This document shows, in pieces, positions 9,584 through 18,655 of a DNA stretch of 64,000 nucleotides (within the stretch, counting starts at the first letter, position 1; the number at the start of each line of letters is the position of its first letter). Below the pieces are notes generated by a model. The model had not been told where the DNA came from, did not search any database, and saw nothing but the letters and a program-made list of their open reading frames with translations. The stretch lies in NCBI GenBank assembly GCA_004257845.1, contig GCA_004257845.1_4800.1. The stretch is one strand, 5' to 3'. A program made the translations under genes and the position numbers. This DNA is from a phage.

Positions 9584-10051
9584 ATGATTAACGTTTCCGG
9601 TTTTGGCGCTTCGATTCGTTTGGTAGCATCAAACACTTTTCCGAATGGTGTGACTCTTTCTGATTTTGCAGATGATGCTGATCCGATTGACGCGCCGGAC
9701 CTGCAAATCTCTGAGGCTGCAATGGGCCTTAACGGTGACTTAGTAGTATGGAACCGTGCAAACCCGCTTGAAGTAGGTGTGAACATCATCCCTACTTCTG
9801 AAAGTGATGTCAACTTGGACGTTCTTGCAGCTGCAAACCGCGTAGGCAAGCGTAAGAACTCTGCAAAAGACGTGATCACACTTGTGCTGACTTATCCTTC
9901 TGGAATGGTTATCACGCTAAACAAAGGCACCTTGACAACTGGTTCAGTAATTCCTGGCATCCAGTCTCAAGGTCGTGTGAAAACACGCCAATATCGCTTC
10001 AAGTTTGAGAACGTAGTCAAAACTGGCGTGAGCAACCAAGAGATTTTATAA
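9584..10051 (+). CDS. tail tube-like protein
   Basis: 155 aa; strong RBS GAGAGGAA; paralogous to product of 11002-11499 (MINVSGFGASIRLVA... vs MVNISGFGTSIRIVA..., shared ITYP.G..., KTR/KTNRY motifs). Confidence 0.45.
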   Translation: MINVSGFGASIRLVASNTFPNGVTLSDFADDADPIDAPDLQISEAAMGLNGDLVVWNRANPLEVGVNIIPTSESDVNLDVLAAANRVGKRKNSAKDVITLVLTYPSGMVITLNKGTLTTGSVIPGIQSQGRVKTRQYRFKFENVVKTGVSNQEIL

Positions 10052-10380
10052 TGTATCAAATACCACTTGACAGCGTACCTAACCAGAATATCAGCTTTAA
10101 CGTTGACGGTGCATATTGGCAGTTGCACATTTTTGCTGCTATCGAGCACATGTGCGCCGACGTATACCGCAACGGTGAACTTTTGATTCAAGGGGTGCGC
10201 TGTTTTGGTGGTATCCCAATGGTGCCTTATAAGTATCTCATGATTGGGTACGGTAATTTCATTTTCGACAGCGTACCTGATTATGAAAGTTTTAACTCTG
10301 GCGGCTGTAATCTATATTACATGTCAGAATCTGAGTTGGCTGAATTCCAGGCAACTGCTGAAGCGGAGTTTGCAATTTGA
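10051..10380 (+). CDS. hypothetical tail protein
   Basis: ORF, start overlaps previous stop. Confidence 0.4.
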   Translation: MYQIPLDSVPNQNISFNVDGAYWQLHIFAAIEHMCADVYRNGELLIQGVRCFGGIPMVPYKYLMIGYGNFIFDSVPDYESFNSGGCNLYYMSESELAEFQATAEAEFAI

Positions 10381-10733
10381 CAACTCTAACAATTGAAGTT
10401 AACGAAAATAATGACCTTTTTCTGCCTGATGGAAGAAACTTAAATATTCTTTCAGGAGAAAAAGCGATGGTGCAAGTAATCAAGGCCGCGCACCAGATGC
10501 GACTTGGTGAAGACTTGTACGATATAGAAAACGGTGTCGATTATTTGGGGACCGTTTTCAAGTCGCCCGTTGACGAAGACGGTGCGCGAAAGTCGATTGC
10601 AGATGCTATTCTGAAGAAAGCAGACGTTGCCGGAATCGACTCATTGACTGTCACCATCCAAAACGGTATCCTTGGATTCACTGCAGAAGTGGTGACTATT
10701 TATGGCGAACGTATAAAGGTGAGTAATCAATAA
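10377..10733 (+). CDS. hypothetical tail protein
   Basis: ORF, 4-nt overlap with previous gene. Confidence 0.4.
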   Translation: MTTLTIEVNENNDLFLPDGRNLNILSGEKAMVQVIKAAHQMRLGEDLYDIENGVDYLGTVFKSPVDEDGARKSIADAILKKADVAGIDSLTVTIQNGILGFTAEVVTIYGERIKVSNQ

Positions 10734-10999
10734 TGGCACAAGTAATTCATTTTGCAAATGGCGTCATGAAATTTGGCGAAAAATTTGAAGACGCATCAGA
10801 GCTGTTTAATAAGAAGGTTGAGCCTGTTGCAGAAATCAAAGAGCAGGTCGAAGAAAAATCCGTTGAACAAAAACTAGATTTTGATTCCATGAGCGTTTCA
10901 GAATTGAAGTCTTATGCTAAAGAAAATGGCATTGACATCAAGGGTCTTTCTTATAAGGATGAAATTCTTGCTGCAGTTAAATCTGCATCTGCGGAGTAA
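10733..10999 (+). CDS. hypothetical protein
   Basis: ORF, overlapping start/stop. Confidence 0.4.
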   Translation: MAQVIHFANGVMKFGEKFEDASELFNKKVEPVAEIKEQVEEKSVEQKLDFDSMSVSELKSYAKENGIDIKGLSYKDEILAAVKSASAE

Positions 11000-11001
11000 A
11001 C

Positions 11002-11499
11002 ATGGTCAATATTAGTGGATTTGGCACAAGCATTAGAATTGTCGCTCTTCAATCTTTTCCTGTTGGGCTGAATATCAGTTCTTTGTCTGATGACCAGGAT
11101 TCGCTAATTATTGAGGAAGTTGAATCAGTAGGTTATCAACTTACTTACGACGGCGGCATTTGCATATACGACAAAGCCGCCGTCGTTCGCGTATCCATTG
11201 CGGTCATTCCAAACACTGAAGACGACATAAATCTTAAGCTTTTATTATCTGCCCGTAAAGGTGGATTCAAGTGGTTGCCAATTCAGGATGTGACATCGAT
11301 GCTCATTACATATCCTGACGGTGGAAGGGTGGCATTCTCTAACGGAACGATAATCAGCGGTCCGCTTGGTGACTCCATAGAGCAATCAGGCCGTCGCAAG
11401 ACAAACCGATACACATTTGTGTTTGCCAGCTACGGTGGCGCACAGAGCACGTCTCAAATTGCCAAGGGCGTGGTGCAGAGCATATTGGGGTCCATTTAA
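11002..11499 (+). CDS. tail tube-like protein, second paralog
   Basis: 165 aa; clear sequence similarity to product of 9584-10051. Confidence 0.45.
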   Translation: MVNISGFGTSIRIVALQSFPVGLNISSLSDDQDSLIIEEVESVGYQLTYDGGICIYDKAAVVRVSIAVIPNTEDDINLKLLLSARKGGFKWLPIQDVTSMLITYPDGGRVAFSNGTIISGPLGDSIEQSGRRKTNRYTFVFASYGGAQSTSQIAKGVVQSILGSI

Positions 11500-12032
11500 T
11501 GGCTATCGATTTACTGTCATATAGTCTATCAAACAGAAGCTTCACGATAAAGAGCTTCAACCTTGGAGAAGTATCCACGCTTGGATGGGCCATAGTCAAC
11601 GTCAAAATAAGACTCCAAGCGAAGATATTCAAAAACCAAAGGGAAGACGGCAGCTATATTGTCGATGGCAGAGTAAAGATGCCGCGAATACTCACTGTCA
11701 CCGTGATAGCTCAGACGAAAAGCGCATCAGATGCAATAGCTAAGATGTTGCAAAACAGGTCGACTATATACACAATTAATTCCCGTGGTCTAATATTCGA
11801 ACGTATGGTGCTGCAAAATAACAACTTCAGCCAGGACGCTGACAATATAACGTCTCAGCCCATACAATTGGTCTTCCATGAGATATTAACACAGCAGGAT
11901 GTGTCTATTCAAACAGCGCAGGCAGGCGACTCAACAGTAATAGAGCGCGGCATTGCATACATAAAAGAAACTTCTGCCAGCGTCACTGGCGTCGCTACAA
12001 AGGTGATGAATGGTATCAAGGGGATGTTCTGA
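11499..12032 (+). CDS. hypothetical tail protein
   Basis: ORF, start overlaps previous stop. Confidence 0.4.
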   Translation: MAIDLLSYSLSNRSFTIKSFNLGEVSTLGWAIVNVKIRLQAKIFKNQREDGSYIVDGRVKMPRILTVTVIAQTKSASDAIAKMLQNRSTIYTINSRGLIFERMVLQNNNFSQDADNITSQPIQLVFHEILTQQDVSIQTAQAGDSTVIERGIAYIKETSASVTGVATKVMNGIKGMF

Positions 12033-12592
12033 TGGACTTCGTTTCGATTCTGCTTTCTGGTCAATCTTTGACCATAACGAATGAGTCAACAGGTCTTCCT
12101 GTCTGGACAAGGCTTTCACCTGTTTCTGCAGAAATAACATCCCCAGCAGAAACAACTCAATTCCCTCTTGCTGGTACAGCCATGCAGGTTGTCGAAGTAT
12201 CAAGCACGTCATCAGTAAGCAATTTACAGGCGGCAAAGGTTGTAATGCCAGCCCATATGGCGTTAAACGTAATTTGCAATGACCAGTCTACAATTGAAAA
12301 TATCATAAATTCATTTGATGATGACGAAGTCACATTTTCAATAACTTCTCGAAGCATCATTGCCAGTAAAATGTCGATGTCCGACGTTGAAATAACCCAG
12401 TCAGAAGAAAACTTGAATGGAGTCTCAATAGTAATAACTTTCGAGCAAACGTCATTTAGCATTCAAGGAAGCTTCGACCCTAAACAATCTGCAGACGAAT
12501 CATCAAATGGTGTTGCCATTAAAGAACCAGTCAGTTTGACTACAACTGTGAGTTCGTTATATAATAAAATAAAATCAACAGTAGGAATATAA
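12032..12592 (+). CDS. hypothetical tail protein
   Basis: ORF, start overlaps previous stop. Confidence 0.4.
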   Translation: MDFVSILLSGQSLTITNESTGLPVWTRLSPVSAEITSPAETTQFPLAGTAMQVVEVSSTSSVSNLQAAKVVMPAHMALNVICNDQSTIENIINSFDDDEVTFSITSRSIIASKMSMSDVEITQSEENLNGVSIVITFEQTSFSIQGSFDPKQSADESSNGVAIKEPVSLTTTVSSLYNKIKSTVGI

Positions 12593-12593
12593 A

Positions 12594-13010
12594 ATGAAGA
12601 TCACCAACAAACAAACTGGTCGTACAGTAGAAATTAAAATCAGCAAAATGACTGCGATGGAAGGCTGGAATATTCAGCGTCGATTCGTAGAATTTGCAAT
12701 GTCGAAAGACCCTGCTTTTCGTTCAGAGTATACGATGGAAGTGTTGGGCTTTGCAAAAGTCGAGCTTGACGTGGGACAAGAAATCCCATTAAGCACTGGT
12801 GCACTAATTGACAACCATCTTGGTGACTGGGAAAACCTTAAAGAAGTATTTGAAGCAGTTCTCATGGAGAACGGTATAAACCCAGACACCCACGCCGAGC
12901 GTGAAGGCTACTGGGAACAAGCTGGCGGCGAAATGGCTGCAGCATTCATCGGCGAATCGATGCGATTAATCGCGCCATTCCTCAGCGGCGAGACTCCAAA
13001 CAAGGGGTAA
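12594..13010 (+). CDS. hypothetical protein (tail assembly chaperone position)
   Basis: ORF immediately upstream of tape measure gene. Confidence 0.35.
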   Translation: MKITNKQTGRTVEIKISKMTAMEGWNIQRRFVEFAMSKDPAFRSEYTMEVLGFAKVELDVGQEIPLSTGALIDNHLGDWENLKEVFEAVLMENGINPDTHAEREGYWEQAGGEMAAAFIGESMRLIAPFLSGETPNKG

Positions 13011-13013
13011 ACT

Positions 13014-15194
13014 GTGTCTGACTCATTAGAAAAATTTGTGCTTCAATATACGGTGGACTTGAAAGAGTCCATCAATCGTCTTGAGCAATTGCAAGATAAG
13101 GTTGATCAGACAAACAAAAAGGCAAAATCCGCTGGCAAAGATTTCTCTGGAGCATTCAAAGATGTTTTTGGCGAGCTAAAGCCGCTTACTGGTGAGCTAG
13201 GGTCAATTGACGGAATACTTGCGCGGCTGACATATCGTTTTGCCGCGCTCGTTCCTGTTGTCGCAGGATTGGCCGTCGTCGTCAAATCCATCGTTGATGT
13301 TCGAAAAGAATACGAAGCGCAAAGAAAGCTTGGTTTTGAAGCCGGACTCTCTCCAATGGGTGTCGAACAACTACAACGACAGTTGAATGAAAGTTCAGGT
13401 GGCATCCTTGGCGCACAGGGGTCGCGAGACTTAATCAGCAAAGCTTCTAATCTGGCATTCAATGCATACACCAACCCCGATGTGATGAACAAGGACAACT
13501 TGTTGTTGAACAAGATGGGGACAAGTCCTTTCAACAGTAACGGCGGCATCAAAGACACGAATCAGCTGCTTGATGAAATTGGAACAAAGCTGAGAAGTGT
13601 GAATGAGCAAACCGCTCGTGCTATTGGTGCCCTGGCAGGTTTTACCGCCGATGAAGTCCGCGCCCTTCGTGAGCGCAACCAGTCTGTGAAAGAAAGCACG
13701 CGCATAAGCGACGAAGAAACCGCGAAGCTGCAAAGACAGCAAGCTGCTCTTGAGACTATACGAAATAGTATGGGGCAAATTCAAGAAGATTGGCGGCGTA
13801 TTGAGTTGGTAATTGGTGAAAATGTCATGCCTGCATTCTCGACTCTTGTCAGCAAAACTGCTGATACAGTCGAAGGATTCCAGATGATGTTTCAGAGAAT
13901 GTCTGACGGATGGAGCGAATTTGTCGACAACTTCATCGCTGACTTGAAACATCCGTTCGACAAGCAGGCCGCTGTCAACGAACGTCACGAAAGAGCGGTT
14001 GACCGATGGATCACCCAAATGGCTGATGGCGATGTTAAACGCCAAAGGAATCAAGAACAGAACGCCGCTGAACAACGTTCTGCACAGGCTCTTTTTACTC
14101 GTGACATAAATCTTTTTTCAAGTGCTGTGTCAACCTTTGCTGGCGTGATTGATGAGCGTCAAGCTTGGGCGGCATGGGCAGGTGAAATCGGGCGCAGCGC
14201 AGGGCAATCCGCGATGCCTGGAACACCAGCATTGAATACTGGCGCGACCGTAGGGAATAATCTTGGGTCAGGGAATCCGACAGCATATGACTCAATATAT
14301 GAGGAAGCTTCAAAACGCTATGGCATACCTGTAGCAATGATGAAGGCTGTAACTGAAGTCGAATCTGGATTCAATCCAAATGCTGTGAGCGGAGCAGGCG
14401 CGACTGGTTTGATGCAAATCATGCCTTCTAACTTCAAGGGTCTTGGTATCACAGACGGCAACGACCCTAGACAAAACATTATGGGCGGCGCTCAACTGTT
14501 GAAAGAGTATTTAAACGCTGCCAACGGCGATTGGAATCTTGCGCTGACGATGTATCACGGTGGCTACGACCGCAGCGGCTGGGGCAAGAATACACGCGCT
14601 TATCCTGGAAAGGTCATGGCTGCTCTCGACCGACAATCCAATGGTGAGTATGCCACGGCAGCGCCGCAAGGTGCACCAGTTACTCCAGTACTTAGCGGTA
14701 GCGGAGCGGAAGCACCAAAGGGCCGTTATGCACCAGTACAAGGTCAATCGCGCCAAACGGTGCAATACAGGCAATTGCAAGAAGCCATTGCAGGATACCT
14801 GAACGTACCAGTTGAGCAGTTGATGCAGGGACAAGTCAACAAAGGTGATATTGACTTTGCTCAAACTTACCTTAAGCTCGGAACGCAAAGGGATTATATT
14901 AAAAATATGCAGCTGGCTTCAACTCCAGGTGTAAGACCGAACATTCAAGCCGAAGCGATGAAAAACGCTCGTCTTGCTGCATTCCAACTTGAAGCGTTCC
15001 AGAAATATGGCGGCGACCTTTCCGCGAATAGTCGACCTGGTGGGCGTGATATTACTATGGGTCAGAAAAACGTTGTCATCAACGTCAACGGCGCCCAAGA
15101 CCCACGCAGCACGGCATTCGAAACGAAACGGGTGCTTGAACAAGATGATATCAACGACATAAACAACCTTACTGCTACACCTTTGAAGTGGTGA
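13014..15194 (+). CDS. tail tape measure protein with lytic transglycosylase (SLT) domain
   Basis: 726 aa, GTG start after AAGGGG; coiled-coil-like N-terminal region; SLT motifs EVESGFNPNAVSGAGATGLMQIMP and MYHGGY (about nt 14300-14580). Confidence 0.7.
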   Translation: MSDSLEKFVLQYTVDLKESINRLEQLQDKVDQTNKKAKSAGKDFSGAFKDVFGELKPLTGELGSIDGILARLTYRFAALVPVVAGLAVVVKSIVDVRKEYEAQRKLGFEAGLSPMGVEQLQRQLNESSGGILGAQGSRDLISKASNLAFNAYTNPDVMNKDNLLLNKMGTSPFNSNGGIKDTNQLLDEIGTKLRSVNEQTARAIGALAGFTADEVRALRERNQSVKESTRISDEETAKLQRQQAALETIRNSMGQIQEDWRRIELVIGENVMPAFSTLVSKTADTVEGFQMMFQRMSDGWSEFVDNFIADLKHPFDKQAAVNERHERAVDRWITQMADGDVKRQRNQEQNAAEQRSAQALFTRDINLFSSAVSTFAGVIDERQAWAAWAGEIGRSAGQSAMPGTPALNTGATVGNNLGSGNPTAYDSIYEEASKRYGIPVAMMKAVTEVESGFNPNAVSGAGATGLMQIMPSNFKGLGITDGNDPRQNIMGGAQLLKEYLNAANGDWNLALTMYHGGYDRSGWGKNTRAYPGKVMAALDRQSNGEYATAAPQGAPVTPVLSGSGAEAPKGRYAPVQGQSRQTVQYRQLQEAIAGYLNVPVEQLMQGQVNKGDIDFAQTYLKLGTQRDYIKNMQLASTPGVRPNIQAEAMKNARLAAFQLEAFQKYGGDLSANSRPGGRDITMGQKNVVINVNGAQDPRSTAFETKRVLEQDDINDINNLTATPLKW

Positions 15195-15198
15195 TAAT

Positions 15199-16071
15199 TT
15201 GAAAAAGAGAATCCTTAAAGTCACCTTATCTATGCCGGATGGCACAAGCCAAGTGCTTGATGAAGGATTGATGCTCAGATGCCGAATCAAAAAGGCAGCA
15301 CTTTCCGTGCAGAATAAGGCCACAATCGAAGTTGCAGGATTGACAGGGTACTTGAGAGAGTACCTGCTTTCCAACTTCACGGCATTCAACAAACGTCTGC
15401 GTGATCAAGGCCAGTTGGCGGAGAACTATGTCAACGTGACTATTGAAGCTGGGTACAGAGAGGGGAACGTAATCAGCAGCAACTTGGTATACAAGGGACA
15501 GGTGACGACTGTCGAGATAACAGCGCCGCCGCCGAACATCGTCATACGCATCACTTGCTACACCAACCAGATAAACAGGACTAAGTTTATCACTCAAGCT
15601 GCACCGTCAAACCCAACCTTCAAAGAGTTTGTGGAGTGGTCAGCAAAGCAAATGGATATTGATACTGTTATATGCGATACGTCGATTAACAATCAACGCC
15701 TTGTGAACCCAGGCCGAACAACATATGTTGCAGCTGCCTTGCTGCTTGAGATTCAGAACTATCAAAGGAACTCTATTGCGGCATATATTGATGATGATAC
15801 GCTAATCGTCAAGGATAAAGACAAAATTCTGAATCCAGAACAGATAACGGTGATTGAGGAATTTGTCGGAATACCGATGTGGAACGAGTGGGGCGCTGAC
15901 TTCACTTGCATGTATAACGCGGATTTGAAGCTTGCCCAAGGTGTGAAATTCAAATCAGTCTTAAACCCAAGCTTGAACGACACCACATTCGTCATCATGC
16001 AACTTGAATATGATTTAGCAAGTCGTGATGACATATTTACGGTGACGGGCGGCGTTGCACCATCGGCCTAA
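15199..16071 (+). CDS. distal tail / baseplate hub protein (putative)
   Basis: ORF directly after tape measure gene (TTG start in track); call by position. Confidence 0.35.
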   Translation: MKKRILKVTLSMPDGTSQVLDEGLMLRCRIKKAALSVQNKATIEVAGLTGYLREYLLSNFTAFNKRLRDQGQLAENYVNVTIEAGYREGNVISSNLVYKGQVTTVEITAPPPNIVIRITCYTNQINRTKFITQAAPSNPTFKEFVEWSAKQMDIDTVICDTSINNQRLVNPGRTTYVAAALLLEIQNYQRNSIAAYIDDDTLIVKDKDKILNPEQITVIEEFVGIPMWNEWGADFTCMYNADLKLAQGVKFKSVLNPSLNDTTFVIMQLEYDLASRDDIFTVTGGVAPSA

Positions 16072-16073
16072 AT

Positions 16074-16595
16074 ATGAGAAAGAATAAAGTAATTGATCTG
16101 TTTGGAGTCACTTATGAAATACATCAATTCAGCGCAATAGATGCGTTTGAAATGGTTGATGCGATAAGCATATTAACTCCACTTGAATTATTAAGTGAAT
16201 GTCATGTTATCAAATATGACGGAACTAAAGTCAGGTTAAACTCTGAGAAGGCAATAAGTGAAGAAGTGAAAAGTGTGCCAAATCATTTGCCGCCCAACCT
16301 TGTATTGAAAGTTCTAATGGAAGCGGTAAAGAAGCACAATTTTGGATTCCTCAGCGATTGGAAAGGTACTAAGATTCCAAATAGATTCTTGGCTGACGTT
16401 CCGACCGTAGAGCCTAATTATCTTGAGCCGATGGTTGCAAGCCTAATAAACAATGGTCTTGCTTCGTTAAAAGAATTGGAAGAATATTATTCATTGCGTG
16501 ATGCATTCGCTATGTTTGATGGACTAATAGCAAAATCACTTAATGAAGCCTACTCAAACGAAGCTGCCATTAAAGAATCAAAGTCAAATCGCTAA
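16074..16595 (+). CDS. hypothetical tail/baseplate protein
   Basis: ORF in tail array. Confidence 0.4.
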   Translation: MRKNKVIDLFGVTYEIHQFSAIDAFEMVDAISILTPLELLSECHVIKYDGTKVRLNSEKAISEEVKSVPNHLPPNLVLKVLMEAVKKHNFGFLSDWKGTKIPNRFLADVPTVEPNYLEPMVASLINNGLASLKELEEYYSLRDAFAMFDGLIAKSLNEAYSNEAAIKESKSNR

Positions 16596-16599
16596 AATA

Positions 16600-16628
16600 T
16601 TGCTTATAGACTCCTTATAGATTATAAT
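16600..16628 (+). promoter_or_regulatory. sigma70-like promoter (TTGCTT-17 nt-TATAAT)
   Basis: -35 TTGCTT 16600-16605, -10 TATAAT 16623-16628, upstream of RBS AAGGAG and ATG at 16653. Confidence 0.4.
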
Positions 16629-16652
16629 TTGTTGATCAGATATAAGGAGTCT

Positions 16653-17381
16653 ATGATGGCAGAAAAGTTAACCCAACTTACAAGCCCCAACCAAACTGAC
16701 AAATCAAGTATGTTTGCCGCGCTGCAGGGAATGCTGGACCGTGGCAAGTATACCACTGACGGCATGATTCCTGCACAAGTAATATCTTATGACCGCAAAC
16801 AGAATTTAGCAGTCATAAAGCCTGTTATTCATTTCGTAAGTCTTGATGATAAACCAGTGGAGCGTCAACCTTTGGTGTCAATTCCTGTATTGGCAATCGG
16901 CGGCGGCGGCTTCGTAATCAACTTTCCTCTGAAAGAGGGTGATTTGGGCTGGATATTCGCTGGCGACCGCGAGTTGTCGACATTCCTTGAAGAATTGAAG
17001 CCGACCGCGCCTACCAATGGCCGTGCGAAAACTTTCGCTGATGGACTGTTCATACCGGATGTATTTCGAAAATACACCATAAGCGGAGAGGATGCAGGCT
17101 CAATGGTAATCCAGTCACTCAGCGGAGATGTCCGCATCGCATTAAGTGATGACTCGATAAACATAACTGCATCGGCTGGAGTAAATGTGAAAACACCAAT
17201 AACCACTATCGACCAACAATTGATAGTTAATGGAAAGGCAACGTTCAATGGTGGTATAGAAGGGAAAGAAGGAACGACGGCAACGCTTCCGACTGGCACA
17301 ACAATCGGCGGCACAAATGTATCCACTCACGGTCACATAGGTAACGGACCTGGAAACAGAACTGGGGATATGATAGAATGA
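16653..17381 (+). CDS. baseplate spike/needle-like protein (putative)
   Basis: ATG 16653 after AAGGAG; Gly-rich C-terminal region; position before baseplate-like genes. Confidence 0.35.
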   Translation: MMAEKLTQLTSPNQTDKSSMFAALQGMLDRGKYTTDGMIPAQVISYDRKQNLAVIKPVIHFVSLDDKPVERQPLVSIPVLAIGGGGFVINFPLKEGDLGWIFAGDRELSTFLEELKPTAPTNGRAKTFADGLFIPDVFRKYTISGEDAGSMVIQSLSGDVRIALSDDSINITASAGVNVKTPITTIDQQLIVNGKATFNGGIEGKEGTTATLPTGTTIGGTNVSTHGHIGNGPGNRTGDMIE

Positions 17382-18649
17382 GTGCACAATATTCTTACAT
17401 AGTAAGCACTGGTGTAATAACCATCGACACAGCCGATTTGCTGGCTGACGTTCAAAGTGAATGGATTGAGTCATTAGGGGTCGGGCTTGACGTTGATGCA
17501 TCGACACCGCAAGGCACCCTAATCGCGACAGAGACTTTGGCAAGAACTTCAGTCATGAAGAACAACGCCGAGCTGGGAAGTCTCATCAACCCTAATTATT
17601 CATATGGCGTATACCTTGATGCCATCGCGGCATTGCTTGGGATTGAGCGAACTAAAAACATCAGCACGATGCTAAAAGGAATTACCGCAGAAGGAACGCC
17701 GCTGTTGGAAATTCCTGCTGGAAGTTTGCTGACGGATTCAAACGGCACATACTGGTATGTTCTTGAAGACGTTCAAATCACTTCGACTGGCAAGACAAGC
17801 AACATGACTCTTGCATCAAAAGATTATGGCTCATTTACGGTTGCCCCTGATGAAGAGTTTACCGTGGTGCAAGGTTATGACGTCATCGGATGGTCAAGAA
17901 CGTATTCAACATCAGCAACGACGACCGTACCAGGTACGCAATACATGGGCGACGGAGCGTTAAAGGCCGCTCGCGTTAAGCGCCTTTACCAGCAGGGAAT
18001 TGCATCGCTTGGTGCTATTCGCGCTCGCGCCATGTCGGTCGACGGCGTGGAATCGGTGATGGTAGTGGAGAATGACACGGGATTGCCTGGAACGGTGCGC
18101 GGCATCACCTTTTCAACGCCTAACGGTGTCTGGGTGTGCGCAAGCGGAACGTTCGATAAGCAAGTTTTTGCTGAGACTATTTTCAAGGCAAAGATGGGCG
18201 GCCAGCCGTGGGACTTTGGTGCTGCCAACCAGGGTGATCCAGTCAACTCGCCTGATGGAATAGAAGTTGTCGACGAAGAATCGCAACTGTCTTATTTCGT
18301 AAAGTTCAACACTGCTGTCATATATGACTTGTATGTCGATATTACTGTTGTAAGAGGCACCGCAACCGCCGATGCCGAATCTATTATTGCCGCTGTGTTG
18401 AATTACGGTAATGGAAATTTTAACGGCGAGCAAGGATATGCAGTGGGCCAATCTCAATCTTCTTTTGAGATTGCTTCAGCAGTGTCTTGCGAGTATCCAG
18501 GCTTGTATATTAAAGATTGCAAAATTGCAGCAGTTAAAAGCGGACAGGCAGCGCCAAATTATCCATCCGATTACGGCAGCGAGTGGATTGCCAATCCTTG
18601 GGATAAGGCGAATACTATGCGCGGCTTCATCAACGTTAAATTTGTGTGA
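17378..18649 (+). CDS. baseplate wedge protein (J-like position), putative
   Basis: 423-aa ORF with 4-nt overlap to previous gene; call by position. Confidence 0.35.
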   Translation: MSAQYSYIVSTGVITIDTADLLADVQSEWIESLGVGLDVDASTPQGTLIATETLARTSVMKNNAELGSLINPNYSYGVYLDAIAALLGIERTKNISTMLKGITAEGTPLLEIPAGSLLTDSNGTYWYVLEDVQITSTGKTSNMTLASKDYGSFTVAPDEEFTVVQGYDVIGWSRTYSTSATTTVPGTQYMGDGALKAARVKRLYQQGIASLGAIRARAMSVDGVESVMVVENDTGLPGTVRGITFSTPNGVWVCASGTFDKQVFAETIFKAKMGGQPWDFGAANQGDPVNSPDGIEVVDEESQLSYFVKFNTAVIYDLYVDITVVRGTATADAESIIAAVLNYGNGNFNGEQGYAVGQSQSSFEIASAVSCEYPGLYIKDCKIAAVKSGQAAPNYPSDYGSEWIANPWDKANTMRGFINVKFV

Positions 18650-18655
18650 GGAACT

